A DNA stretch of 64,000 nt from Spirochaetota bacterium (GCA_043803405.1 JAZDKB010000013.1:1-64000), one strand, 5' to 3'; shown: positions 41,411-51,717, numbered from the stretch's first letter. Numbers and translations: made by a program. Notes: generated by a model from the letters alone, not told the origin.

Positions 41411-41460
41411 TTGACTTGTGAAATTATGGTCATTATATTGGTAATGAAAATCATTTTCAA
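41411..41460 (+). promoter_or_regulatory. sigma70 promoter + Fur-like box upstream of ferredoxin
   Basis: TTGACT-N17-TATATT followed by AATGAAAATCATTTTCAA. Confidence 0.7.
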
Positions 41461-41487
41461 CTAATATTTTCAGCAAGGAGCAATAAA

Positions 41488-41655
41488 ATGGCTGTTAAAG
41501 TACATAAATCCAAATGTACCGGTTGCGGCGCATGCGCAGATGTCTGTCCGGTAGAGGCAATTAAAGTAAATGATATAGCTAAGGTAGATGAAAATGAATG
41601 TACTGAATGCGGAACATGTATTGATGAATGCCCCAGTGAAGCTTTATCGCTGTAA
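41488..41655 (+). CDS. 2[4Fe-4S] ferredoxin (55 aa, absent from the ORF track)
   Basis: MAVKVHKSKCTGCGACADVCPVEAIKVNDIAKVDENECTECGTCIDECPSEALSL; AAGGAG RBS. Confidence 0.92.
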   Translation: MAVKVHKSKCTGCGACADVCPVEAIKVNDIAKVDENECTECGTCIDECPSEALSL

Positions 41656-41970
41656 TCTGGATTAAAAAATTACAAATCTGTCGTTGTTATTGTTGCCATA
41701 GGCTGAGGTGAGTACTGAGGTATCATTTTACAAGATATTATTGAGTTGCTTCGCATTTTAAAATGCTGGCATTCTCGATGTAAGTAACACGTGCATGATG
41801 AGCCTTTTTTTGAAGATCAAAGCCGGGAGATAAGCCGGTAAAATATTAGTCAAGACTAGTGCGTCGATGTTTAGATTAAAATTCAAAGTCTATCGAAAAT
41901 CAATAATATCTTGGAATATATAGTTAAGAATTCCAATAAGATTTTCTGAAATATTCGGAAAGGAAATTCC

Positions 41971-42057
41971 ATGTTTGAATTGAAATTTGATGAAACATTA
42001 TGCGCGGCCTGCCCTACAGGCGCGTGCCTGGCAAAGTGCCAGTATATGGAGATCGGC
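41971..42057 (+). repeat. Exact 87-bp direct repeat, copy 2
   Basis: Identical to 38741-38827. Confidence 0.95.
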
Positions 42058-42993
42058 AAAGATGAGGCCAAACAGGAGATGCTGAAGATCTGCCGGGGAG
42101 AGGACTCCAGGGTGCTTCATGACTGCGTGACATGTTATGCCTGTGAAGAATACTGCAGGCGCGGCAATCACCCGTTTTATCTTATCACTCAAAGAAGAGA
42201 AGATAAGGCGATTTTAACAGCGCCCAGGGCGATCAACCGGCAGTGGATCAATATCGGGGAGCCACGCGGCAGAATTGAAACAGGCAAAATTAAAGCAAAG
42301 GCACTGTCATTCGGGTTTATGCCCCAGTTCAGGGATATTGTGAAAGGCAGGCTCTTTGAGGATGTAATGCCGTCATGGTTTTTCGGTCAGGAATTTTTCT
42401 GTAATATGGTCTATGTCCATTTTGCCAATACAAAGACTTTTAAGGAGCGCATGCCTGTTGTTATCGAGAATATTCGAAAACTGGGAGTTAAAGAAGTAAT
42501 ATTTATGCACGATGAGTGCTACGCTGCATTCACATCACTGGCGCCTGCTTATGGCATGGAGGTGCCCTTTAAATCGGTACATTACTTTGAGTATTTATAT
42601 AATCGTTTACAGGAACTGAAGGATGAGATCCGGCCCCTTCATATTAAAGTGGCCTATCAGAGGCCCTGTTCAAACCGGATGTGCGAAAATACTCATCACT
42701 ATGTCGCTAAAATCATGAAGCTTATCGGTGCTGAACTGGTCGAACGAACCTATCAGGACGAAAACTCCCTGTGCTGCGGAAGCATATTCAGGGCCATGTA
42801 CGGATACGATCTGTTTACAGATGTGCAGACAAGGAATATCAGGGACATGGTGGAAAGCGGTGCTGAATACTGCGTATTCAACTGTCATGGCTGCGAAAAT
42901 GCCCTTAGCGCAAGGGTGTCTAAAGCCGGGATCAAACCCATACATATAGTGGAACTATGCAAAATGGCTATATGCGAAGGAACGGATAAATAG
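41971..42993 (+). CDS. Fe-S/CCG-domain oxidoreductase subunit
   Basis: CAACPTGACLAKC, CVTCYACEEYC, YQRPC, CCG, NCHGC. Confidence 0.82.
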   Translation: MFELKFDETLCAACPTGACLAKCQYMEIGKDEAKQEMLKICRGEDSRVLHDCVTCYACEEYCRRGNHPFYLITQRREDKAILTAPRAINRQWINIGEPRGRIETGKIKAKALSFGFMPQFRDIVKGRLFEDVMPSWFFGQEFFCNMVYVHFANTKTFKERMPVVIENIRKLGVKEVIFMHDECYAAFTSLAPAYGMEVPFKSVHYFEYLYNRLQELKDEIRPLHIKVAYQRPCSNRMCENTHHYVAKIMKLIGAELVERTYQDENSLCCGSIFRAMYGYDLFTDVQTRNIRDMVESGAEYCVFNCHGCENALSARVSKAGIKPIHIVELCKMAICEGTDK

Positions 42994-43003
42994 GGAGTAT
43001 ATT

Positions 43004-44386
43004 ATGAGCGAAATGATTCAAGCGCTGGAGAATGTTGTAGGGAAACAGTTCGTCTCAAATCAGGCGGAAGAACTATACTTCTACGGGCGTGACTCCGGAT
43101 TAATGCCGGCACATAAACCGGATTGTGTTGTGCTGCCAGGGACAGTAGAAGAAATACAGAAAATCGTAAAATTCGCAAATGAGAATAAGGTGCCCATAGT
43201 ACCGGTCGGTGCAGGCATGTCTCTGACCGGACTTTGCATTCCGCTCAAAGGCGGCATTGTCCTGGATATGAAGAGGATGAACCGCATACTGGAGGTTCAG
43301 GAAAGGGCCCGTTACGCGGTCGTGGAAGGCGGCACTTCCACAGGGAAGCTGAAAGCTTATCTGGATGACAATCATCCCAGGCTGCGTTACAGCATTCCGG
43401 ATTCCCCTGCCACATCGACCATTGCCGCCAATGTGATGATACACGGACAGGGACGCCTCACCCAGCAGTACGGTTTTAATTCAGATATGGTCTCCGGCCT
43501 TGAAGTGGTACTGCCGAACGGAGAGATATGCCCCATTGGGTCCAATGCCCTGTCACAGTACTGGTTTACCAAAGGAGCGCCTATTCCCGACCTTTCCGGA
43601 TTGTTCCTGGGCTGGTTCGGCACAACCGGGATCATCACTAAAGTAGGCATTAAACTTTACCCCAGAAAAAAAATGCGTGATGTGGAGATTTTCATAACAG
43701 ACAGCCCGGACTTTATTCCGGATATCATTTATGAAATCACGCATACGGAGATGACGGAAGACATCAATATTTTTGCCCAGCCGCTTCCTGTAATTTTTAA
43801 AGGTAATCATCATATTGTTATATATTTTACAGGGGATACGGACGAGGAACTGGAATTCAAGAAAAAAACGGTCTTCCATGCACTGGATCCTTTCATCCGG
43901 AACAAGGATGGAGGATTTATGTCAGTAGCAGCCGGAATGAAAACAACGCTTCTTGATATGCCCCAGCAAAGCGCCAGCACTTTTGCGGATGTAACCAAGG
44001 GCGGCGGATTTGAGTATTCCGGCCCCATTATCCTGGTTGAAAAATATCCCCAGTGCTCCCGGAAGCTGGATGAACTGGCAGAAAAGCACGACCTGAAATA
44101 CCATGCTACTGCCCGGATCATAGGACGCGGACATGCAATGATGTTCGCCTTTTCATTTACATTTAACCGTGCTGACAGCGATATGATGAAAAGGGCGGCT
44201 GCAGCAGTTCACGAAGCAAGCCGGTATGCACTGGACGCAGGGGGTGTTTTCTGGAAGCCCACTGTTGATGAACAGAAGATTTTACTCGATAAGATGAATC
44301 CTCAAACGCGTCGTCTTATGCAGATCATCAAAAAAAACCTGGATCCGGAGGGCATCATGAACCCCGGCAACTGGGAGGTCGGTTAA
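43004..44386 (+). CDS. FAD-linked oxidase (GlcD/D-lactate dehydrogenase family)
   Basis: VVLP..VEEIQ.IV..AN, GAGMSLTG, GLEVVLPNG, GTTGIITK, DPEGIMNPG. Confidence 0.88.
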   Translation: MSEMIQALENVVGKQFVSNQAEELYFYGRDSGLMPAHKPDCVVLPGTVEEIQKIVKFANENKVPIVPVGAGMSLTGLCIPLKGGIVLDMKRMNRILEVQERARYAVVEGGTSTGKLKAYLDDNHPRLRYSIPDSPATSTIAANVMIHGQGRLTQQYGFNSDMVSGLEVVLPNGEICPIGSNALSQYWFTKGAPIPDLSGLFLGWFGTTGIITKVGIKLYPRKKMRDVEIFITDSPDFIPDIIYEITHTEMTEDINIFAQPLPVIFKGNHHIVIYFTGDTDEELEFKKKTVFHALDPFIRNKDGGFMSVAAGMKTTLLDMPQQSASTFADVTKGGGFEYSGPIILVEKYPQCSRKLDELAEKHDLKYHATARIIGRGHAMMFAFSFTFNRADSDMMKRAAAAVHEASRYALDAGGVFWKPTVDEQKILLDKMNPQTRRLMQIIKKNLDPEGIMNPGNWEVG

Positions 44387-45544
44387 ATGAAATACGAGGA
44401 AATACTCCACCGCTGTTTCCGCTGCGGCTGGTGTAAATTTACAAGCGACTATTCGGAATTCAACTGCCCTTCGTACAGAAAATACCGGTTTGATACTTTC
44501 GCCCCGGGCGGAAGAATGTGGCTTATTCGTGCATGGCTGAACGGCGACATAAAGAACAGTGAGCGTTTTCAGGAGATCATATTTTCCTGCGCAACCTGCG
44601 GAAGCTGCACAGTGCACTGCGCCTTTCCGTTTAAAGAAGATCTTGTCAACATCTTTACAGCGGCAAGGGAGGAAATAGTCAACCAGGGGCATATCCCTGC
44701 TCTGGTAAAAAGTTATTTTGAAAATGTTTACAGGCACGGCAATCCCTACAAGGAGCCTGCGAATGAAAGGGGAGCCTGGGCAAAGGATACGCCTGTTGAG
44801 GCTTACAAGGGACAGGAATATCTTTTTTATACAGGCTGTGTCGGTTCCTATGACGAGCGCGGGAAAAAGATCGCGCAGGCTGTCGGCACAGTCCTTGTTA
44901 ATGCAGGGGTCTCTATGGGAATACTCGGAGAACGGGAAATGTGCGACGGCAATGAGGTGAGAGTTCTCGGTGAAATTGGGCTCTTTAAATACCTGGCCGA
45001 AAAGAACATCAATCTTTTCGGGGAACTGGGGATAAAGAAGATCATTACCCTTGATCCCCATGCCTTTTATGCTTTCAAGAAAGAATACCCCGAACTTGGC
45101 GGAAAATTCAAGGTCTATCATTACACACAGATACTTGCCTCACTTATAGACTCCGGGAAGCTGGCTTTTATAAAGCCTTATAATGTCAAGATAACCTATC
45201 ATGATCCGTGCTATCTTGGACGCCACAGCAGCGAGTTTGAAGCGCCGAGGAAGATCCTGCGCGCAATACCAGGACTTGAACTGATTGAGATGAAGCAGTC
45301 TCGGGAGAACGCTTTCTGCTGCGGCGGAGGCGGGGGGAACTTCTTCACCGATATACTCGGCGGAGGGCAGGACAGCCCCAACCGTATCCGGATAAGAGAG
45401 GCATTTGAAACCGGCGCCGGCATTGTGGCAGTAGCCTGTCCACAGTGCGCCAAGATGCTGGATGACGGGATCAAATCCGAAGATCTGGATGAGAAACTGC
45501 AGGTCATGGACATCGCGGAAATCGTACTAAAGGCAACGGCATAG
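44387..45544 (+). CDS. (Fe-S)-binding CCG protein (GlcF/HdrD-like)
   Basis: CFRCGWC, CATCGSC..HC, YHDPCYLGR, CCGGGGG, ACPQC. Confidence 0.88.
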   Translation: MKYEEILHRCFRCGWCKFTSDYSEFNCPSYRKYRFDTFAPGGRMWLIRAWLNGDIKNSERFQEIIFSCATCGSCTVHCAFPFKEDLVNIFTAAREEIVNQGHIPALVKSYFENVYRHGNPYKEPANERGAWAKDTPVEAYKGQEYLFYTGCVGSYDERGKKIAQAVGTVLVNAGVSMGILGEREMCDGNEVRVLGEIGLFKYLAEKNINLFGELGIKKIITLDPHAFYAFKKEYPELGGKFKVYHYTQILASLIDSGKLAFIKPYNVKITYHDPCYLGRHSSEFEAPRKILRAIPGLELIEMKQSRENAFCCGGGGGNFFTDILGGGQDSPNRIRIREAFETGAGIVAVACPQCAKMLDDGIKSEDLDEKLQVMDIAEIVLKATA

Positions 45545-45920
45545 AGACAACGGATTTTATATTATAGCGTAAAATGTTAGAAAAATTAAAAAAACAATAT
45601 TTGCTATATTTACAAATAATTTCGATATGATTATTATTTTAATGAACGTTATAGCCAGAAGTTCTAATAATTTTTTACTTTAATTATATTTATTAATACT
45701 TACTCAGGTTGACTGACTTTTTAAACAAACTACATAGACGAACCGATAAAATAAAAGTCAGCCAAGATGAGCACTTATGTAACGATTTAAAATTATAATT
45801 GACCTATTGGCTATGATACAGAATTTATCAGGAGCAATTGTATCATACTATTTGATGTGAATAATCAGTTGTCCGGCCGGCACGTGAGGGCATTAAATCA
45901 ACAGGAGAGTAAGCAAGAAT

Positions 45921-47069
45921 ATGAAAAATGATCCGTTAACACCTTATGGGAATAAACCCATGGTTACTCCGATTGTTTCCGCTGTAAATTATCAATATAC
46001 ATCATTTGAAGTGTTGCGCCAGATTACAGACGGAGAGATAGACGGCTATACATATCATCGCGATGATAATCCTACTGTACGCACTGTGGAAAGAAAAATC
46101 GCCTTACTGGAAGAAGCTGAGGACTGCGTAATATGTACTACAGGAATGGCAGCCGCTACCATGACATTCCTTACTTATTTAAAACAGGGTGATCATCTTC
46201 TTACGTTTCATGATATTTACGGGGCAAACTATAAAGTATCTTTAATCCTTGAAAAATTCGGCGTGGAAATAACATGGCTTGATGCATTGGATTATAAAAA
46301 AGTTCAGGAAAATATAAAAGAAAACACAAGAATGATATTTTGTGAAACTCCAAGCAACCCCCTGATAAAGGTAATTGATATTAAATATCTTCGGGAACAG
46401 GCTGAACGCAATAATATTATGCTTGTGGTAGATAATACATTTGCCACTCCTTATCATCAAAAGCCGTTGAAAATGGGAGTTGATCTTGTAATTCACAGCG
46501 CCACGAAAGGGCTGGGAGGTCACAATGATCTGATGGCTGGAGCCATTGCATGTGCAACAAAAGAACAGTATGACAAATTATGGTTTACCAGACAGGCTAT
46601 TGGAACAACTCTTGATGCTTTTTCCGCTTCACTTCTTGAAAGAGGCTTAAAAACCTTTGAGATCCGTGCACAAAAAATGTCTGAAAACGCTTTACAAATA
46701 GCGTCCTTTTTAAAAGATCACCCAAAAATAACGAAAGTTTATTACCCGGGCCTTGAAACTGACATAGGTCATGAAACAGCTAAAAAACAGATGAAAAACG
46801 GCTTCGGTGGCATGCTCGCTTTTGATGTAGGCGACACGCAGGATCACGCCAAAAAATTTGTTGAAAGCCTGAAAAGCATTATTCACGCAGTAAGCCTCGG
46901 GTGCACAGAAAGTCTTGTATGTCTGCCTGTACTTACTACCATGCTTTACATGCCGCCTGAGCGCAGGACAACCTTCGGAGTAAAACCAAATACAGTCAGA
47001 ATGTCTGCAGGAATAGAAAATATTCAGATCATTTTAAATGACCTGGAGCAGGCATTAAAAAATGTATAG
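45921..47069 (+). CDS. Cys/Met metabolism PLP-dependent enzyme (gamma-lyase/synthase family)
   Basis: Y.R..NPT, GMAA, ETPSNP, DNTFATP, HSATK, AVSLG. Confidence 0.9.
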   Translation: MKNDPLTPYGNKPMVTPIVSAVNYQYTSFEVLRQITDGEIDGYTYHRDDNPTVRTVERKIALLEEAEDCVICTTGMAAATMTFLTYLKQGDHLLTFHDIYGANYKVSLILEKFGVEITWLDALDYKKVQENIKENTRMIFCETPSNPLIKVIDIKYLREQAERNNIMLVVDNTFATPYHQKPLKMGVDLVIHSATKGLGGHNDLMAGAIACATKEQYDKLWFTRQAIGTTLDAFSASLLERGLKTFEIRAQKMSENALQIASFLKDHPKITKVYYPGLETDIGHETAKKQMKNGFGGMLAFDVGDTQDHAKKFVESLKSIIHAVSLGCTESLVCLPVLTTMLYMPPERRTTFGVKPNTVRMSAGIENIQIILNDLEQALKNV

Positions 47070-47115
47070 AAAGTTGTATTCTTATAGTATTTTTTCCAAT
47101 TTTTTAATATGAGTA

Positions 47116-47166
47116 TTGACAAAAGGCAAATACGGCATTATATTGATAATGGAAATCATTTTCATT
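47116..47166 (+). promoter_or_regulatory. sigma70 promoter + Fur-like box upstream of the fur-like gene
   Basis: TTGACA-N17-TATATT followed by AATGGAAATCATTTTCATT. Confidence 0.72.
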
Positions 47167-47218
47167 TAAAGTTTTTAATTTTATAAAAATGAAAGTTTTA
47201 AACAGGAGGATTTTAAAA

Positions 47219-47689
47219 TTGCGGGGACGCGGACGAGGGCCATGGTGGCATAATAAATTTCAGGAATATGGCTGGAGAATAACTCCAGGCAGGGAAATCA
47301 TCATGGATGTTCTTCACAATACGAAAGAGCATATAAACGTGGCTGATATTTATATAAAAGCCCATGCAATAAATCCCGCAATCGGACTTACTACTGTTTA
47401 CCGGACACTCGAAATGCTGGAAAAAACCGGGCTTGTACAAAAATTCGATTTCGGAGACGGGATGGCCAGGTATGAGCTTATCAATAACCCGGGTGCCAAG
47501 GATCATCACCATCATCTTATCTGCATGACTTGTAAAAGAATAATTGATTATACTGAATTCATTAATGATGAGGTTGACTTTATCGAAAAGACTCAAGGAA
47601 AACTTTCTAAGAAATATAATTTTAAAATAACGGGGCATATGATCAATTTTTACGGATTATGCGAACAATGCAGTAAGACAACAGCTTAG
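47219..47689 (+). CDS. fur: Fur-family transcriptional repressor
   Basis: RITPGR, IGLTTVYRTL, HHHHLICMTC, YGLCEQC; TTG start after AGGAGG. Confidence 0.88.
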   Translation: MRGRGRGPWWHNKFQEYGWRITPGREIIMDVLHNTKEHINVADIYIKAHAINPAIGLTTVYRTLEMLEKTGLVQKFDFGDGMARYELINNPGAKDHHHHLICMTCKRIIDYTEFINDEVDFIEKTQGKLSKKYNFKITGHMINFYGLCEQCSKTTA

Positions 47690-47712
47690 CTCTAAAATTT
47701 TTTTAGCTTTTC

Positions 47713-47732
47713 ATTGAAAATGGTTTTCATTT
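47713..47732. promoter_or_regulatory. Third Fur-like box (reverse orientation) upstream of DUF5320
   Basis: Reverse complement AAATGAAAACCATTTTCAAT. Confidence 0.65.
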
Positions 47733-47762
47733 GCAAAATTTGTTAAAATAAGGAGGCAAATT

Positions 47763-48158
47763 ATGCCAGCAGGAAACGGAACAGGCCCCAGAGGACTAGG
47801 CCCAATTACAGGACGCGGCACAGGCTACTGTGCAGGATATTCGGCACCCGGATATGCCAATCCCGTAACAGGCGGAGGTTTTTATGGACGCGGCAGAGGC
47901 CGCGGAGGAGGCGGCGGCAGAGGCTGGAGAAACCAGTATTATGCTACAGGCCAGCCAAATTGGGCGCGCGGTGGCTACAGGCCATATCAGGAAACGTATG
48001 GATATGACCATGGATATCCAGCACCCGAGTTGACAAGAGAAGCAGAGGCAAAGATTCTTAAAGAACAAGCTGAGTTTATGCAAAAGGAAATCTCTGCAAT
48101 ACAAGACAGAATAAAAGAACTTGGAAATATTGCTTCAGTTCAAAAAGACAAATCCTGA
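47763..48158 (+). CDS. DUF5320 family protein
   Basis: MPAGNGTGPRGLGPITGRG.GYC, Gly/Arg-rich middle, C-terminal coiled coil. Confidence 0.85.
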   Translation: MPAGNGTGPRGLGPITGRGTGYCAGYSAPGYANPVTGGGFYGRGRGRGGGGGRGWRNQYYATGQPNWARGGYRPYQETYGYDHGYPAPELTREAEAKILKEQAEFMQKEISAIQDRIKELGNIASVQKDKS

Positions 48159-48552
48159 ACACAAGGCAAGATTTAAAACTGAATCAGCTCTGCAATTGAT
48201 ATCGAAGCTGATTCAGAATATTTTTAATAATTTATTTAAAAAAAATGATAAGGCTTGCAGACAGACAGATTGTCATCTCAGATTTTAACCTGAAAGGTTT
48301 TCAGACTGTCGAAAAAGTACAAAACCATGAAGGGAAAACACACAAAATATTATCAGGCGATTTTGATATTGTGGGTATTTATCTTAAAGAGTTTAACTTT
48401 CATGTAAATGTTTTTGAGTATGAACATCAAAAAATATATTCAGCCATAAGAAATTGTTCCGTAAAGTAAATTTGTATTCATTATTATTTTAGAATTGCTT
48501 AATCTGATCATGAAAGGTTTTAGCATTTTTATAAAAATGCAAATAATTTTAG

Positions 48553-49230
48553 GTGACCTCTGCAATGGACCTTAAAATAGTCCAATCGGGACTTATCGAG
48601 ATAACAAAGGAGGAGGGGGTTAAAGATAGCAGGCCGTCTTCCTCCCTGATTATTACCAATGGATGTAATGTATTGATCGATACCGAGCATCCGAAAGAGG
48701 ATGGCGTAGAGTTCGAACAAGCCCTTCTTCGGACAGGTTTATCTTTTGATGATGTCGATTACATTATCTTTACCCATCTGCATCCTGATCACATGGGTCA
48801 TAAAGACAAGTTCAGGAATGCAGTGTTCATCTTCCAGGGTTCTGAGCGATTTACTTTCTATTTCAAGAACGATAAGAAACTTGTCTTGAATGGATCCTGC
48901 CTGCTTCGTTTTAAAAAAAGCTGCGAACCTGTAGTTAAATATACATCCGATATTCCGGATTTGGCATTACTTGATGATAAACTATATATTCATCTGATAC
49001 CTGGTCATACCATGGGATCAATTGTAATATTCGCTTCCATTAACAAGAAAGTTCATGCTTTTGCAGGTGATGCTTTTCTTAATAAGGATTATTTTGAAAG
49101 AATGGAACCGCCAGGATCTTCCTGGGATCCATCCAGGATTCCTGAACAACTGCTTTTCATTAAAGAAAATGCGGATGTAATAATTCCAGGCCATGGCGAA
49201 TTAATAACTATTGACCGATTAAAGAATTGA
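48553..49230 (+). CDS. MBL-fold metallo-hydrolase
   Basis: THLHPDHMG, PGHT.G, AGDA, IIPGH. Confidence 0.85.
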   Translation: MTSAMDLKIVQSGLIEITKEEGVKDSRPSSSLIITNGCNVLIDTEHPKEDGVEFEQALLRTGLSFDDVDYIIFTHLHPDHMGHKDKFRNAVFIFQGSERFTFYFKNDKKLVLNGSCLLRFKKSCEPVVKYTSDIPDLALLDDKLYIHLIPGHTMGSIVIFASINKKVHAFAGDAFLNKDYFERMEPPGSSWDPSRIPEQLLFIKENADVIIPGHGELITIDRLKN

Positions 49231-49293
49231 TAGCATAATTGATACTTTCAAGTTAATTGAAATAATCCCTGATTTTTTAAAGAAGGAGATGAC

Positions 49294-49740
49294 ATGGGGG
49301 CAAAAACAAAAATTGGTATAATAATCTGTGACCGTTACCGCAGGTGTGCAGGCGGAAAATGCTTCAGATCATTAATGAACAGAGAAGGTGCCTTTAACCG
49401 GTACAGGGATATGGAAGTTGAAGTCGTTGGGTATACTAGTTGCGACGGTTGTCCCGGCGGTAATGTTGAATATGCTGTGGAGGAAATGAAGGGAAACGGA
49501 GCGGAGTCGATACATCTTGCTACCGGGCTGGTTGTGGGATATCCTCCATGTCCTTATATCACAAACTTTCATGACTTTATCAAAACAAAGTATGAACTCG
49601 AAGTCGTTTATGGCACTCATCCCATACCTCAAAAATACCTGAATATGCACAACAAGTTGGGCACATGGGATAATCCTGAGTGGAAAAAAATTATTCAACC
49701 GACATTTGCGGATGAGGAAACTCGTGTATCTTATGATTAG
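49294..49740 (+). CDS. CGGC-domain protein
   Basis: CAGGKC, CDGCPG, IHLATG, PPCP, YGTH. Confidence 0.88.
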   Translation: MGAKTKIGIIICDRYRRCAGGKCFRSLMNREGAFNRYRDMEVEVVGYTSCDGCPGGNVEYAVEEMKGNGAESIHLATGLVVGYPPCPYITNFHDFIKTKYELEVVYGTHPIPQKYLNMHNKLGTWDNPEWKKIIQPTFADEETRVSYD

Positions 49741-49774
49741 CAAATAAATAATAACTGCATTAAAAATAAAGTAT

Positions 49775-50239
49775 ATGGAAAATCAGAAAAAACTATATTT
49801 CGAAGACGACATCCGCATCATGCGGATTGCCGAAGAATCCCGTTTGCCCGGCAAAAACAGGGTGGAAGAAATAAAAAACTATGCGCGTTTTTCAGGCATT
49901 AAACGCATTGGTATTGCAAATTGTATAAGCTTGCAAAAAGAAGCAAACAAGCTTAAACAGGCTCTCGAAGAGGAATTTGAAGTATTTGCTGTCGATTGTA
50001 AAATCGGTAAAATCCCATCAGCAGAACTTTTAAACAATCAATCCAGAGGTTTCTCATGCAATCCTGCAGGGCAGGCTGATTATCTCGCACAAAACAATAC
50101 AGAACTAAATATTTTATTTGGACTTTGCATGGGACACGATATTGTTTTCAACAAGAAGTCCAAAGCCCCTGTAACTACTCTTATTGTAAAGGATAGAGAA
50201 CATAAACATAATCCCTACAAGGAATTTGAAGATAATTAA
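49775..50239 (+). CDS. DUF1847 family metal-binding protein
   Basis: RVEEI, IGIANC, CKIG, CNPAGQA, GLCMGHD, KDR..HNP. Confidence 0.85.
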   Translation: MENQKKLYFEDDIRIMRIAEESRLPGKNRVEEIKNYARFSGIKRIGIANCISLQKEANKLKQALEEEFEVFAVDCKIGKIPSAELLNNQSRGFSCNPAGQADYLAQNNTELNILFGLCMGHDIVFNKKSKAPVTTLIVKDREHKHNPYKEFEDN

Positions 50240-50244
50240 TATTT

Positions 50245-51108
50245 ATGAAATTAAAGCTAGATTGCGTACCATGCCTTATCCGTCATTCAATCGAAGCTGC
50301 ACGGTTTATTTCCAATGACGAATCTTTTCAAAAGTTAATTCTTGACAGCGTGTTGAGTACGCTGTTGAATACAGACCTTTCAAAATCACCGCCTGCTCTG
50401 GCTAAACTGATACACAGAAAAATCAGGGAAATATCCGGAATTGCTGATCCATATAAAAAGGCAAAAGAAGGATTTAATGCCCTCGCATCGTCGCTCATGA
50501 ATGAACTTGCTGTGCAGATAAACCGGTCTCACGATCCCCTCGCTTCTGCCGTAAAACTGGCAATAGCAGGGAATATCATTGACAGCGGAGCCAAGACAGG
50601 GCTTTCGGAAAAAGAAATAAAAGATACGGTAAATAGCGTTTTTACTGAAACTGTTATGGGCGATATTGATGAATTCAGTAAAAACGCGCTTAAAGCTAAA
50701 GATATTTTATTTCTGGCGGATAATGCCGGAGAGATTTTTTTTGACCGTCTGCTTATTGAGAAGCTGGGCCATCCGAATATAACGCTTGCTGTACGGGGAA
50801 ATCCGGTGATAAACGATGCGACCATGGAGGACGCGGCAGCAGCGGGACTGGATAAAGCAGTAAAAGTTATAGAAAACGGATCTGATGCGCCAGGCACAAT
50901 TGTTGAAGAATGCAGCGACGAGTTCCGCAGATATTTTGCAGAAGCGGACATGGTGATATCAAAGGGACAGGGAAATTACGAAACTCTTTGCGATGAGAAA
51001 AAAAATATTTATTTTTTGCTCAAGATCAAGTGCCCGGTAATTGCGGAACATACCGGATTTCCTGTAGGTTCCGGCGCAGTAATCCGGTCAGCACAATATT
51101 CAATTTAA
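50245..51108 (+). CDS. DUF89/ARMT1-like damage-control phosphatase
   Basis: [36 protein letters not shown]. Confidence 0.9.
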   Translation: MKLKLDCVPCLIRHSIEAARFISNDESFQKLILDSVLSTLLNTDLSKSPPALAKLIHRKIREISGIADPYKKAKEGFNALASSLMNELAVQINRSHDPLASAVKLAIAGNIIDSGAKTGLSEKEIKDTVNSVFTETVMGDIDEFSKNALKAKDILFLADNAGEIFFDRLLIEKLGHPNITLAVRGNPVINDATMEDAAAAGLDKAVKVIENGSDAPGTIVEECSDEFRRYFAEADMVISKGQGNYETLCDEKKNIYFLLKIKCPVIAEHTGFPVGSGAVIRSAQYSI

Positions 51109-51130
51109 TCATTATGAGGAATATTATAAT

Positions 51131-51697
51131 ATGTCAACTAACGCATTCGAATATTATAATCTTTTAAATGTGGCAAAAGATGCATCTGCTGAAGAGATTA
51201 AAAAAGCATTCAGAGCTCTTGCGCATAAATTCCATCCGGATAAAAACAGCAATAAAGATGCTGAAGAAAAATTTAAGGAGATCAGCAAAGCCTACGAAGT
51301 GCTAATAAATCCTGAGACAAGATCATTGTATGACAGAACAGGAATAGATGATTACAATAAATTCAGGAATAGTGAGTTTGGCGGAAATCCTTTCGCGAAT
51401 TTTAACGGTTTTCATGGCCGCGGAATGGGCTGCGGATTTGGAAGAGGATGCGGCTTCAGAAATTTCCATAATAACCGGATGGGTAACTTTTTTAAAAATG
51501 AGATTGCAGTACATAATATTTCAATTAGTGCAGAAGAAGCAAGTAAGGGTATTGAAATATCCGTAAAACCCGGCAATACCTATTTGGATAAAGCGGTTAA
51601 TATTAAATTGCCTGGCGGGATACAAGACGGGGCTGTCATAAGATGCATTGATCAAAATTATGAAAACGAATTTTATATAAAAATAAATTATACTTAA
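51131..51697 (+). CDS. J-domain protein with Gly/Cys-rich linker and short C-terminal domain
   Basis: HPD motif, [23 protein letters not shown] linker. Confidence 0.82.
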   Translation: MSTNAFEYYNLLNVAKDASAEEIKKAFRALAHKFHPDKNSNKDAEEKFKEISKAYEVLINPETRSLYDRTGIDDYNKFRNSEFGGNPFANFNGFHGRGMGCGFGRGCGFRNFHNNRMGNFFKNEIAVHNISISAEEASKGIEISVKPGNTYLDKAVNIKLPGGIQDGAVIRCIDQNYENEFYIKINYT

Positions 51698-51717
51698 ATA
51701 AAACTTCTTTTTGGAAC

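Noticed and set aside
44282..45121. 279-aa antisense ORF
   Set aside because: Shadow of the GC-rich Fe-S oxidoreductase gene; no motifs or RBS
45823..45900. Possible SAM-I riboswitch (TTATCAGGAG) upstream of the Cys/Met enzyme
   Set aside because: Lacks the following GAGGGA..GGCCC, GCAACC and GTGC core elements
48245..48469. 74-aa ORF
   Set aside because: No RBS or recognisable motif; possibly a remnant, not supportable
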